A DNA stretch of 64,000 nucleotides from Yuukianura sp. NJ FZ-2021 (taxonomy: Eukaryota): contig CM102285.1 of NCBI GenBank assembly GCA_046563655.1, positions 13,764,001 to 13,828,000 of the forward strand, written 5' to 3'. This document shows positions 37,307-51,900 of the stretch, piece after piece. Both the position numbers and the translations under genes were made by a program. The notes below the pieces were generated by a model. It was not told the origin of the DNA and searched no databases. It saw only the letters and a list, made by a program, of their open reading frames with translations. Every line of letters begins with the position of its first letter. Position 1 is the first letter of the stretch.

Positions 37307-37751
37307 GTGAGGATTTTAATTATTACTTACACATTTACATTATTATATTCATTTGTGGCCACCATAATTATAAGTTTTGGTCTAACATGCATTTGAGGAG
37401 AAGCTTTTAAAATGATGAGGTCGACCTAGTTTATAACCACAAACGAAGCTTGTTTTTTTTTTATCGTGATGATGATACGAGGTTACTGTTCCAAAGAGTT
37501 CGTGTAAGTTTTCCCATGACTCTTCACACACACAGTTTTTTCCTGGGATCGATCTGGATCAATAAATCTTTTGCCTAAAAGTTCCATGCGCTAGGAAATC
37601 ACTTGTAAGAACTTTCACTCCCTTAAGCAGCAGAAGTAAGATGGATTAGAGGTGTGTGGGGTTGTGTTTGTGCGGGGACAATGTGACCCCTTAAGGGCGT
37701 AGGGTCAGAGGTCACGGTGAGCCTTGAATACCCGCCCGGGGGTCAGCCAGA

Positions 37752-40700
37752 ATGGCTTCGTTTGTGAAAAGGTGCTGCTGTATGGACACTCAAGATGAGA
37801 TAGTCGAGACTCTTGTTTTTAAGTGTACTAGTCCCGATTGCAAGCTAGGTATTCACCTAATATTTAGGAATTTACTAAATATGCTAAGATTTTTTTGAAA
37901 TTGTGAGTTTTTGATTAAAATTTTGATTGATTTTTTCAGGTTGTTGTGGTTTCTGTGCACCTCGGTATAAACGGCTCGTGGACAGCGTCTTCCCGCCTGA
38001 CCCTAAAGATGGCCTCATCAAGTCCAGCATGGAAAAGTTGACATTCTATGTCCTCTCATCTCCAGAAAAGTTGGACCGAGTAGGAGAATACTTATATCAC
38101 AAACTCAGTCGAGACGTTTATAGAAGACGAAATGGGTAAAAATAACGTTAACTCAAGTGTGCCATTTGTAAATCAACACGACTGTTTTTCTGTTCTAATT
38201 TGTCAATATTTACTTTCTCAGGAGCGTTGAGATTGGAGTTGAAGCGATGGACCAACTTCTTCAGGCCTGCCACTCACAGACATTAAACCTTTTCGTGGAA
38301 AGTTATATGAGGATGATACAAAAGCTTTTAGAGTCATCAGATCCAAACCTACAGATTTTAGCTACGCAATCGGTATGACCAGGATCAAGTGACTGTCAAT
38401 TTCACAATTTCAAACAGAATTTACGAAAAATGAATGTTTACTTTTACTTTTTAGTTTGTGAAATTCTCAAATATTGAAGAAGACACTCCTCACTATCATC
38501 GTCGTTATGATTTCCTTGTGTCCAAATTCGCATCTATGGCTCACAATAATTCTTCGGATGACGAACTGAGAAATGCCATAAGAGCCTCTGGAGTTTCTGG
38601 ACTGAAAAGTGTCGTTAGGAAAACTGTGTCTGATGATTTGGTTGAAAATATTTGGGATCCGACTCATATGGAGAAAATTATACCTTCATTGCTTTTCAAT
38701 ATGGAACAGGGAAGGTACGACACACTGTGGATTCCACTTTTTGTTAATGAAATCGTAAGAATACGTTTTTTTAAAAAAAAAAAATCTTCAGACAAAGTTT
38801 ATTGCTGCGAGATGAAAATGACGGTGGAACTGGCTCACAAGAAGACGACGTCGTCGATGCTCCGAGAATTGCTGAATCATGTCTGCGTGACTTGGTCAAC
38901 AAAGCCACTTTTGGACATGTCCGAAATTTCGTCAAACCTGTTCTCAAGTGAGTGGTACAACATTGCTCTACACCTACACTTTGTGTCTGTCTCTATGATT
39001 TGACAATAATTGTAAAACTTCTTTGTAATCTTTCAGTCACTTTGATGTCTTTGATTTATGGGTACCAAACGACTTTGCCGTTCATACATTTCGAGTCATC
39101 ATGTTCTCAATTCAGGTCCGACCAAAAAAAAACTAAAGTTTAGCTGCCGATAAGTGATGTGTAGTTAGATAATTAATGTGCATTGTTTCTTGGATTGTTA
39201 GGTTCAATACTCGTATGCAGTAATAGAAACATTGATGGATCATCTGGACATTCACAACATGAAGTCTAATGCCAAAATCCGAACGAGTATGGCCGATGTA
39301 CTGGCAAAGATAATCGATATTGCTGCGGGAGAGAGTGTGGGTCCTTCAGTCCTTGAAATTGTCAATACCATAGTTCAGCATATTCAAGTATCTACGAAGT
39401 TAGAGGGAGCAGATTCTGAAGAGAAGTCGTATAGAGAAACACTTATAGCAGCTCTGGGAGAGTATGTAACACATCTTCCGGATTATCAAAAAATTGAAAT
39501 TATGAAATTTATCCTACAAAAAATTCCGGCGGGGACGGAAAACGCTAAAACTCCTTCACTACTTCAGAATATGCTGCTCAAGTCTCTGTTGATGGTTAGA
39601 ATTTTCGCATTAACCTTGAAAGAAAAAATAGAAAATGGTAAATAAAATGTTTTTTTGTTTAGGTGGGCTCAAAATATCACACTACATATTTGAGCAATAC
39701 TTTTCCAGTATCGTTTCTGCAGCCGCTCTTAACACTTTGTAATGCTGATGACTCCGAGCTACGCGTTTTGGTTCAAAATATTCTTCATGCACTGATAGAC
39801 CGGCATCACAATAGAGAGAAGTTGTTATTACCTACGTAAGTTTTGAATTTGAACCAATTTTTTGAGTTTGGTTTTTGAAAATGAGTGATTTTTTGCTGTT
39901 TTAGGTTAAAATTTGAGTCCATAACGAGAGAACCCTGTAGCCGAACAGACATTTTATTTTCTAAGAAATTCGGAGGCGAAATATTTACCACTCTATTTGA
40001 AAGTATGGAGAGGAAGAACAATACAATTGGGAACATGAACGCAGTCTACACAACTCTAGCCCTCTTTTGTGTTGAACTATTTTGTGAAGATACGCTCGTA
40101 GACTTTGTTCGACTGGCCTTGAGCTTCCAAGAACTTGCAGTCAGTTCGGGAACACTTACGCCAACCCAGCGAATCCACCTCCACGTCATCTCCCTCAGCA
40201 TCTTTGCACTCCTGGCCCACTTTCTCCCTGTTCTGGACCCGTACACTGGAACAGTCCTCAAAGCCAGACGAGAACATGCAATTCATCTTCTTCCACCACT
40301 CAAATCCAAGTATGAAGCCTACGAACCTGCTCAAAATTTCAATGAAGCTTGTTTACTCAACCACTCGAGTATCTTTGAAATCCTGAAAGATGATGGAATT
40401 GACATTTCCAATAAGGGTAATTACTACCTTGCTCCAAGACATTCGTGGGTTGACATCCGCTCGACTTCCAACGTTGAACTGAATAATATGAGCATGGAAG
40501 TGGACTCTGGAGACTCTACGCCTATTCAGTTCCAAACCAAAGTAAGTTAACTCATTTCATGAATTTCGGTAACTATTTCAAAAATTTTATCAGTTTTATT
40601 TCTTTTCATGAAATTTTTACTAGGCTCATGCGGAACTGATGACAGTAGAAGAGTTGAAACGCTTGCTCAATGAACCTCCAGATCTACGCAAAGAACTTGA

Positions 40701-40941
40701 GTCTCAAAAACGACAAGAGTTGACGACAGCCTACAAAACTGTGGATTTTGATGAATTAGTTACAAAAACAGCAGCCAAAGGTGGAAGTTTACAACACAAA
40801 TTAGCAGAAATTTTTACAAGAGTATCAGCAACTGGAAGTTGTTCAACTGAAGCGACCCTTGTCCCGCTACATTCCATGCCAAACGGAAATCTACCTGGAG
40901 TTGCACCTAGTATAAACTTTCCAAACATTTTTGAACTTTGA
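37752..40941 (+). CDS. EFR3: Protein EFR3 homolog (stmA/cmp44E/rolling blackout), plasma-membrane anchor of the PI4KIIIalpha complex
   Basis: MASFVKRCCC...KCTSPDCKLG|CCGFCAPRYKRLVDSVFP...MEKLTFYVLSSPEKLDRVGEYL; KFSNIEEDTPHYHRRYDFLVSKF; VVRKTVSDDLVENIW; C-terminal FPNIFEL. Confidence 0.95.
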
Positions 40942-42999
40942 CAAATCTAAAATCGAAATGGAATTAGCTTTTGTGGCACCGGAGAATCTTCTTCTGCAAA
41001 CCAAAATTGTAATTTTGCTGCTCCCAACCAAGAAGCAGATAGAATTCGTCCTTTTTACTATTCTGTGACAAGTGTAGTCTTCATCTTCTAGAAGAATTTC
41101 ATTGTTCCAGGAAAAAACGGACTTCGAAATCTAAATTTCCAAATTTCGGAGACTAAACTTAACAAAATTTTACTGATACACAAAAAGTGAATATCATTCG
41201 ACACGGAAATACTCTTAAAAACCTCGTAAAGGAAGAAACATGGTGCTTAAAATTCACTTCCTGAATTAATTGTGACAAAAGTGTTCCCTTCGATTTCAAT
41301 TTCGAAAATGACGAAACTTCTAATTGTATATTTTGAGTTCTTGAATCCAGAGGAACTCAAAACCATTTTCTGTGATTATTTAAAAAATTTCTTTCCTTCC
41401 TGTCCCCCACCGATTCATTCTGTGACTTAAAAAATGGAAAATATCTTCTAAACAAATGAAATATATTGACGTTGATTCAACCATCAAAGGACTTGTTGGT
41501 ATAAATTTTTATTGTTAGGACTTTTCAAATTTTTTAATGTGTATTTATGAAAATAGCGTTTTACATCATTTCATCAATTTTGCCAAAATTTCGCAACTTC
41601 GCATCGGTGAGGAAAAATTTAAGTTAGCTTGAACGCCATATCAAAAACTAAAAATTTCAAATATAGAAAAATCCCTGAACCATAGCTTAACTTAATGGAA
41701 GGTGGTTGTCGAATTTTTTTGTTTGAAATTTTGATTTTGAAATTTTTAAAGTTTTGAAAAATAGTTCTACTCAATTTGAATTTAGTCGTGAGAAGATTAG
41801 CACTTTACAGCATTTCGTTTCGAGATATAAATTTTCAAAGTTTTTAATTGTTTAAAATTTTCCGGAAGAGATTTAACATTGTGAGGCATTGGAGTCTGCT
41901 TGGAAAGTGTCCGGAGCTATGCGGAGATTAGGCGAATCAAAAAGGTTCCTCTCCCTCAACTTTTTTCCCACCGGTGGCTTTCCCATACAAAAATCCCAAA
42001 CGCAGAGAGGGGCTACCTGCCCCTTTGCTCCGTATAATCCCCTGTCTACTTTTCTCCTCTTCCGAAAGCCTCCCATGTAAAACACTGTTCAGAAACTTTC
42101 AAAAACACAAGCACGAATCCCCGCGTTAGAAAACTTTTTTAAAAATTAAAGTTGCAGCGATTTATAGTTCCAGGCTCCATCACTCGACTCAAATGGCAAA
42201 CATATTTCCGTCTAATTTTTTTGCAAAAATTTTGTAAAAAATGTGCCTTTGAAATTTTGCCAAAAAAAAAACCTTGGTACTACTGTATTTGACGGACGTT
42301 TTCAAAAAAAAAATATTTTTTTTTCGTTTTTGATGTTTTTAAAATTAAAAAAAAATAGTTCTCACTCTCAGTTCAGTGCAAGTTTTTGCAATTTTGTAGG
42401 AAGTTGCAAAATTTCCACTTTGCAATTATTTCTGTGACCGCACTGGCCAGCTTACATTGCAAAATTGCATTTTACATAATTTGGTGCAAAAATTGTCCAC
42501 AAAACGCACCTTCAAAATTTTGCCAAATTTTGGAAAAATGCCTGGACTATAGTTCAGGGATTTTGATAAAAATCAGTCAAAATTCGGATCTCGAATTTTT
42601 GGGCTTAAAAAATTCTTGGAATCATGCTGAGTTTAGGCGTGCAGAGATTAGCGCTCTACCACATTGCGTTTTTGAGATTTGAAACTTATCAAATTTTCTA
42701 AACTACGCAACGCATGAGCGTTTAACGTGTGAGTGAATCACCTGAATTGAACAAATCGGTCCAAGTTTCTTGTCATTTATTAAAAATAGTTCTCTAAAAC
42801 AATTCAAAATTGGGGAGACAAAAATTCAAATCGTCAACAACGTTTTAGTAAATAACATTAATAATAACTAATAAGGCACATCATTTTCTTTTAAACGTTT
42901 CCAAATAGTTTTAAGGGATAAAGTGGAAGTTCTCGATTACTTCCCAAGAGTCACACAAGTAACGTTGCTGAGCTGGAATACTGGATACGTTTTTAGTCC

Positions 43000-45900
43000 T
43001 CAACAATCCTCTTCACTGACAAGCATCTGAGTGTCCTTCCCAGTATCTTCTGAATTTGGCTCAAATTGTCTAATTTGAATTTGTGGAGATGAACGTTGAA
43101 GAATTGCAGATGGAGAGAGAACAGCAACTGATGAAGTTCCAGCTTCACCACTTCCTCCTCCAGCACTCTCCGCTTCGTACATTGGATTTGAAAAATCACG
43201 GTTCTTGAGGTCAAGTTTTGTATCGGGTGGATTAGGAGCTCCGCCGTCCTATAAAAATAAAAAATTTGGGTAGGTTCATAACAAAAACAATTCTAAGGTA
43301 CGTCTTCGTTTTCTTACATTGAAGGTGACGTTGGAGCCTTGTCTAAAACTGACTGCTGGAGACAGGCCTTTGCCGAAATCTTTTCTCCGTAGGAAGACAT
43401 AGAAAGCGGCTCCACCGAGTGACAAGAGGAGGATGAGCACTATTGGAATGGCGTAAGCCGCTGTCGCAACACTTTGCTGTTCGACGCGTCTCCTTTCAAC
43501 GTGTTGTGAACAAGTTTGTGAACTGTAGTTTTCTGGACATTGACATTCTAGGCCGTCCGTCCCGACGCGACACACACCTCCGTTTTCACAGTGACAAGGT
43601 TCTGGACTTGGTTTCTCTCGTTCAAATGCTGGTGTGTCAGAATCAACTTTACGTTCATGCTTACAAACTTTTTCTAAATTCACAAATTTTATGGGCGAGA
43701 CTTACGAGCATCACAAGAATTGGGAGATCCTTGTCGGAAGTTAGTATTTTCTGGACAAGCACATCTGAATCCACCATTTGGAATGAGGAGACACAAATGC
43801 GAACATCCAGCTTTTCGACATGGATTTGCTACTGATGTGTTGTATTTGAGCGGATGGAATACTGGAACAATTCAGAAGTTGAATTTTTGAATTCAAAAGT
43901 TACAATTCCGAAGTTTTTGTTTATGATTTTTGAATTCTAACCTTTGACACTTGTTGGATTTCCAAGATCCCGTTCCAGGCCTTCAGAGATTCCGCGGCCG
44001 AACTTGTCATGTCTTAGAAGGTCTCCAGAGTCTCGATTGATAAAGTACAAATACGACTCAAAAACGTCAAGTGCTATTGGATGCTTGAGCGTATCTCCTT
44101 GCAGTATTGTCATTCTGTCTGTTCCCTTTGCACTAATTGAATCAATTCTTCCAAGTTTCGTGTCCACAAAGTACAGTCTGTAATTATTTTGGAAATCAAT
44201 TGTAATTGACGTTGGCCAACGAATTTCCTCGGACAGAATCGTCCATCGTTTTGTTCCGTCCATCCAACTGGATTCAATCTACAACCAAACATCAAAAATA
44301 AGCAAATTGTGTAACATTTCTCTAGATTTGAAAATTATGGTTTACCTTTGGATTTGTGCCTGCGTCTGTCCAGAAAATGATTCCTCTGGACGGGTCAACG
44401 GCGACACTGGTCGGAAGTTCCAGCGTTGAGCTGATTACTGAACGTCGATATCTTCCATCCGAAGTGCTCACCATGATCTTCCCTTTGGATTTGGCTCCAT
44501 TTCCGATTCGACTTTGTTCACTCCAGTAAAGATTCTATAAAATGTAACAATTTATATTATATTTTATGTTAATTTTTTTATATTATGTTTTATATTGAAT
44601 GTTATGTTTAACTCACCTTTCCAATCCAATCTACTGCCAGTGCTGTTGGTTTTCCATTTGATTTGATTTCCAAATCTTGGCCATATCCAATATTGGCTCC
44701 ACTGTAGCCCGGAAGTAAGCTTCTCTTGATCGTTTTCTTGTAAGAATCGGCATAATAAACGTATTTTTGAAAAATGTCATAGTCCACTGCTTCAATTCGA
44801 CCTTCGTTTTTGATAAGATCGAAACTTCGTTTCGATCCGATTCCCAAAATCTCTGGTCCATTGGCAACAAAAACTTGGAGTGACCCGGAGTCAACTGCTC
44901 GACAAACTCCGAATCCACCACTAGCATGGAATCCTTCGTAACAGGAACAGTTGAACGTTCCTTTTAGATTTGTGCAAACTTGACTACAGTTGTTGAGCGA
45001 TTGCGTTTGACATTCGTCAAGGTCGTCACACCGTTTTGGATTCATGCGAGTAACGATAAATCCTGGATTGCATGAGCAAACATATCCACTGCTTGCTGTT
45101 AAATTGTGACAATGATGTTCACATCCGCCGTTTTGTGGACTGGAACAATGCAGTTTCTCGTGACATCCTAATTCATCTGACAAATCACCGCAGTCGTCTT
45201 GCAAGTTACATAACTTTGATTTGTCAATGCAGTTTCTATTGGCACAGCGGTATTCGTTTACGGTGCATTCCCTTGGTTTCGGTATGCACAGAGACAAGTT
45301 GTCTTCGTCACTTCGGTCTAAAAGTGATAAAAAAAAATGATTAGTTACACAGTGAACTTTCGCTGAAAAGCACAACAAACGCTGATTTTTTAACTAAACA
45401 TGAATTACCTCCACAGTCATCTCGGTTATTGCAGACAAGGTACTTCGGAATGCACTTCTTGTTGGCACACTGGAACCGATGTACTTTGTCACATGAAAAA
45501 TCTTTGCAAAGTTCTTCTTTCTCGTCACTTCCGTCATGGCAGTCATCCGTTCCATCTGTAAAAAATCACAAACATTCTATACTCATTAGTTCAAAACTTA
45601 GATTGGTTGTCGGTCATGGTTAATCATGCAGAAGATGAATCTTATTAATTATATTATTATTAATATTAAAAATTAATTATTAATTATAGTCAATTAATTA
45701 TTGATTATAATTTTTTTAACTGTTTTTAATTTTTACCGCAGAGGTCCGTATGACTAGCACAAAGATGGTTGTCGCATTCGAATTTCTCTCTTGGACAGTA
45801 CTTTCCGTCTGGGAATCTCGGAGGACAGTTGAGCTCATCCGACAAATCTGAAATTCAAAATTCAAACAAAACTAGAAAACTTCATTTAGAAAACTACGAA

Positions 45901-48900
45901 ACAGCAACAAGACTGGTTAGCTTCGAACATTACCTCGACAGTCTGGATCCGAATCTGAAATAGAGAATTTTTCATTAGTATGTCTCAATCACGATTAATC
46001 GATTTTTCAGTTCATTTAGATTCTTACCACATCGAAAATGTGCAGCGATACAGTGACCAGAAGCACATTGAAAAGTTCCATTTCGACAAACGTGTTCAGA
46101 ACAATTTGTTTCATCAGTTCCATCACGGCAGTCATCCTATAACACAAAAATGTCTCCTACGTATTGTAAACTCACATTCTCAAGATTTTAGCGAGACAAG
46201 CAACAGAATACACTGATGAACACTAAACTTACATCAGCGTCACATCTCCACCTAGAATTCGGAATTAAAAAAATCAATCGAGATCCAACTTAAGAAGAAA
46301 CTGAATTTTTCAAGTTGAAAGCACAGTATTCGAACCTCTTTGGAATACAGCGACCATTTCCACATTTGAATTCTGATTCTGAACAGTCTCGGTATGTTGG
46401 ACAATTGGAAGCTGCTTCATCCGATCCGTCCCCACAATCTGGATATGAATTCAAGATTGATGTATTTTATATAATTTTTTTTTAAACAAGCAAATTAAGA
46501 ACTTAATTGATTTTGATTTTTATACCATTTTCCATGTCACACGTCCATCTGTTTGGAATACAGCGACCATTTCGACATGTAAATTCTCTCGTTGGATCAC
46601 ATTTGGCACAGGATTCGGGTCTCTCGTCACCAGCATCCAAACAATCCGGTTTTCCTACAAAAAGAACAAATTTTTCAAAATTTTGAACACAAGAAACTTT
46701 TCAATTAAACACTTTTATGTTTAATCCTCACCATCACAGAACAGCCATTCTGGAATACATCGATAGTAACCCACAGTACTGCCAACAGGAGGACACCGAC
46801 GCCATCCTTCAGTACAGTTCCGGTTTCGACATAGTAGGGCTGGTTCATCGCTGTCATCTCCACAATCGTCCTAAAAAAACAATTTAGTCAAAATCTAAAT
46901 GCTAGGTCACAATTTATAAAAATTGGTTTGAATAACTAACGTCTGCGTCACAGAAGAACAGTTTCGGGATACACTTTGAGTTCTTGCAAGTATATTCCGT
47001 ATCAGCGTTGCAAGTCCGATTGTGACACAGTTCCGTACTCTCATCGCTTCGATCCAGACAGTCAAAGTCGCCTGATAAAAATAATTACATAAACAGTATT
47101 AATCCAATGGCAGACATTTCACAGTTCAGACGAAAACGTGTCGAATTGCGTTAGCTTCCAAAAAAAAGCATTGAAAACCTACCGTCGCAAGTCTGTAAAA
47201 GTAAAAAATTTCTAATTACAAATTTAGTTTCAAAATTTTTAAAAGGTACGTTTTTTTTTAATTTCACTTCTTACCCATGCTTTCAAAATACATTTTCCAG
47301 ATTTCTTGCACTTGAATTCGTTTTCACCACAATCCGCATCACAAAACTCTTCGTCACTGTTATCACCACAATCGTCCATCCTGTTCAACAAAAAATCCAA
47401 AAATTTAGAAAAAGCAAACCAAACTTACAGTTGCTTGGAACTCTTTCTCCAGTATGAACTTACGAATCACAAATAGTTGTTGGGCTAGTGCAATTGAAAT
47501 TTTTGCACTGGAACAGTCCCGTTCTGCATTTCCTTTCTGGACAATTCACTTCATCGCTTCCATCAGCATCCTTGCAGTCCACTTCGCCTAAACATAAAAA
47601 TTCAAACCAAAATCACTTTTGCTTAGAGGTTAAAATTTTGAAATTCTACCACTTACCATCACACACCCACTGCTTACTGATGCACTTATCGTCTCCTTGT
47701 CCACAGCGATGTTGAGCTTTAGTACAATTTGCAATACAAGTTTTGCTGTCACTCATCAGCACATACTGAGTCGGACATGCGCAAGTGTATGTCAGATTCC
47801 CATCTTTTCCTGGACTCAGAAGACACAAGTGACTGCATCCTCCATTGCCACCATTCTGAGCACATGGATTCGTGTACGGAATTTGTCTCAGAGGATGAAC
47901 AACGTGAAGGTCATAAGGTCGGTGTGTTGTGTTGCTCAAAATTGCAAAATCTTCTGATCCATTGAACTTGTTAATTCGCACGATTGATTTCAAATTCCAG
48001 TCAGAGTAGAACAGATCGTCTTCGAATATTGTAATGGCAAAGACATGCGGAGCTTTGAATCCTTTCACGACTGTATGACGATTCTTGCCATTGAAATCCA
48101 CAAAACTGAAAACGAAATCAGAAAAAAAAATAGAATTTTTCGTCTTTTTTTATTGTTGTCAAAAATCACGTTTTTTTTTAAACTTACTCGATGTAATCCA
48201 GATGAGCATCAGCAAAGTAGAGTCGTTCATTGAAATAATCCAGTGCTAAAGCATTTGGCCAAGCAATTCTTTGTTCCCAATTCAAAATCATAGTAAAATT
48301 GGATCCGTCCATTCCAATTCTTCCAATATATGCTTGAAGATGCCACGAAGTATAAAACAAGAATCCTTTTGGCGGGTAGACAACAATTGCTCGTGGATCT
48401 GAAATGTGACTTTTGAGTGTCCGTCGATTCGTGCCATTCAATTCGCTTACTTCCAGCGATTTGGAGTGACGATCCAACCAGTACAGTTTTCGTCCAACCC
48501 AATCGACGCTGATTCCTTCCAGCCCATGACTCTCGTGTCGAATGACCGGAACTGGATCGGATCCTTCTACGACCTTGAAAATTGTCTTCCCCGTGACATC
48601 GGCATAGTAAATTGCTTTTTGAGACAAATCAAAGTCCAGTGCCACGACATTTCTTAGATCCTGTTGTAAAACGTGCACTTGAGTTCCATCGAGTGACATG
48701 TTTCGAATGTAGTACTTGTTGGTAAAAATCAAGTATGGCTCTGTCTTGTCCAATCGCTTGCACTTTCCTGCTTCTGTTTTCTGGTAGTATGTTGTGTTGC
48801 ATTTGCAAAAGTAGGAGCCCGGAGTATTCTCACACTGTTGGTCACAAACTCCAGGAGTTTCTGTACATTCGTCAATGTCTACGCAGGCTTTTCCGTCTGG

Positions 48901-51900
48901 CATTAGCTTGTATCCACGATCACATTCGCAGTAAAATGACGTCGGAGTGTCCACACAGCGTTGACCACATTGATTGACCTCAACTGAAGCGCATTCGTTG
49001 ACACCGCAATGAAGCGGTTCATCGGAATCGTCTGGACAATCTGAGACTTTGTCACAAACTTTGTTCATTGGAATGCATTTGGGTTCTCCAGTGCTATGTT
49101 CTCCACCGCATTTGAACTGATTTGGACATGCTGTGACGTTCTTGGCAGGACAGTTGTGCTCATCCGAGTTGTCACCACAATCTACCAACAAAAAAAAATT
49201 AAGAAATCGTTCAATTTCAAACAAAATTCAAAAAGTTCAATTTCAAAAACTGCAAGCATACCATCTTCATTGTCACATCGGAACGTGTTTCTTATACACT
49301 TGAAGTTGTTACACGCAAATTCGTTTGGAGCACAAGTAGGATAATGGTTCATACAAAATTTCCCTTCGTCACTCCCATCGCCACAGTCGTTATCAAAATC
49401 TAATGGAAAAATAAGAATGCTGGCACAAAATTGCAGAATATAAAAGTTCATGAGGTTCGAAAAAGTGCTTACCGCATTTCCAAACCTGCAATTTGGAAAT
49501 ACAATTTATCAGGGTTTGAATAGAAGTGATTTTTAAAATATTATTTCAGTGTTGGAAATTCTAAAAAAAATACCATGTTGATGCAGCGTCCATTGGTACA
49601 TTGCCACTGATCTTCTTGACAGGGTTCACGGACAGGGCAGTTGTTATCTGCACTTTCATCTGCGCCATTACTGCAATCAGGGTCACCTAAACACAAACAA
49701 TTCGGATGTCTTATCTGAGTTTGACTTCAGTAAAGCTCAGTGCCGAAATTTTAAGAAAAAACTTACCGTCACAAACCTGAAACAAAATTTCGAAACAAGA
49801 AATTAATTACATAAAATCGTAATTCAATTTGCAGCAAAAATTACAAATTGAAAATCGTTTTAAAACTGACCCATTTCCGATTGATACAAACTGATCTTCC
49901 CCAGAGTTTGTTTTCAGGACAGAAGAACTCCGTTGCATTGTCACACTTGCGATTCGAACACTGATGAAGCGATTCGTCCTCATCGCTGTTGTCCATGCAA
50001 TCGTTATCACCTAATTTCCAAAAATTTCTAAATTGTAAATTGAAAATGACAGAATTTTCAGAAAAGAAAGAAGAAGCAACGTACCATCGCAGATGTACAT
50101 TTTTGGAATACAGTTTCCGTTTTTGCAAGTATACAAGTCTCCGTAGCAAGTTTTCCCCTCACTGTTGCAGTAGTCTTTAGGTTCATCGGCTCCTCCCTCA
50201 CAGTCTTCGTCGCCTTTCAAAAGAAAATTTTTAAGAGGTTAGTTAATCTTCAAAATTTTTAAGACAGCTATGTCCGCACGTTCGAATGCTTATTTACCAT
50301 CGCAGAACCATGTTGAGGGCAAACAGCGATGATTTGGACATCGAAAGCTGTTTGGAGGACACTGCCTCTTTTCACAGTGAAGTGGATTCTCGTCGCTGTT
50401 GTCTCCACAGTCGTTGTCCCCTAAACAATTAAAACGCAATTCAAAATTTCTTACTTTTCAAAAATGGGAAATCATGCTACTTCTTTTCCAAAAATTAAGA
50501 ATTGGCAAGTACCATCACAGAGCCAGAACAACTCGAGACAAATGTTCGTGTTTTCACACTTGAGGTGATTGGCTGGACATGTAAAGTTTGCATTTTTGCA
50601 ATTCGCAGCGCTTTCATCCGACGTCTTGTTGTCCTTGCAATCATTCACACCTAAAAATTGAATACCAATAAACTAGATCACCTTAAAAATTTCAAAATTC
50701 AAATAATCAAAGTTTAAAATGTGCCTGGTGATCGTACCATTGCAAACTTGGCTCATAGAGATACAGCGATGATTGGCACAAGTGAATTCTCCTTCAGCAC
50801 ATTTCGGATAGTCACAATTTTCTTCGTCACTTCCATCTCCGCAGTCTGAAAAACCACAAAAGTCAGATCAGAAAAAGAATTTTAATACAAAAATAATGGA
50901 AAAAAAAACTGAAATTATTTTGTAAACTCGTACCGCTCTCGTGGTCGCAGGCCCAATTTCTGTTAAAAAAGAAGTTTTTAGTATCAAAGTTTATTGCATA
51001 AAATATGTTCAATATTTTCAGTAAATCATACTTGAATATGCAGCGACCATTGCGACATCGAAATTCGTTGGGACCGCAGGAATGGAAGGCGCAGAACGTC
51101 GGAGACTCATCCGTCGCATCACCACAGTCGTCATCGCCTACGAAATAAGTTCAGTGAATCAAAATTTTGTTCTAAATAAAACGCTAATAAGAATTTCAAT
51201 CAAATTTACATAACTGAAAGCTTACCATCACAAGCCCACAGTCTGAAATTTAGAAAAATTTGAACGGTCAAAAATAGATTCATCAAAAATAAATGAAAAG
51301 TAACTTTTTTTTTCTCACCGTGAAATACATTTCCCATTGGCACAAGCAAACTTGTTAGCGTCACACGTGATGTTGCTACTTTTTGGAATACAAGTCCTTC
51401 CTCCATTGACCAATCTGCTGGTAGAATTGCATTTGCATTCCGAAGTTCCGTTAAATGCTGGATGACAAGTTCCCCCTTCACATCCACCATTTCGAATACC
51501 ACAGACGTCCAACAAGCACTTCTGACGATCAGCACTAAATACTTGAATGTCACGCGGGCTGTCATCCAGTCTCTTCACAAGTTCAACCATGTTGCCTCCA
51601 GTGTGCTTGTCAGCTCTGTAAACTCCTTTCAGTTGCAAATCCGTCCAGAAAATCCAATCTTTGAAAACGATTATCGCAAATGGATAAATCGTTGCCGTTC
51701 CAAGCGTCTCTCTGTTTTTCCCATCAAGATCCGACCGTTCAATTTTCTCTCTCACAGCATCAGTCCAGTACAGCCTAAAACAAAACAAAATTCAGCTGGT
51801 TTTCGACTTTTTTTTAACTTAAAAAAATGCTGCCAGTACTTGTCTTCGTCATAGTCAATTGCTAATCCTGAAGGCTGAGTAATATCTGTCTTGATAATTG

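Noticed and set aside
37091..37396. ORF containing CCCCCCGFC, resembling the EFR3 Cys motif
   Set aside because: It derives from a (CTG)n tract, has no ATG in that frame and its phase is incompatible with the 37940 acceptor; probably coincidental.
41666..42565. Short inverted match aaaaatccctgaac(c/t)atag around a GC-richer patch
   Set aside because: Only ~20 bp of similarity, with no clear TSD or coding remnant. It may be an old transposon fragment but I cannot support that.
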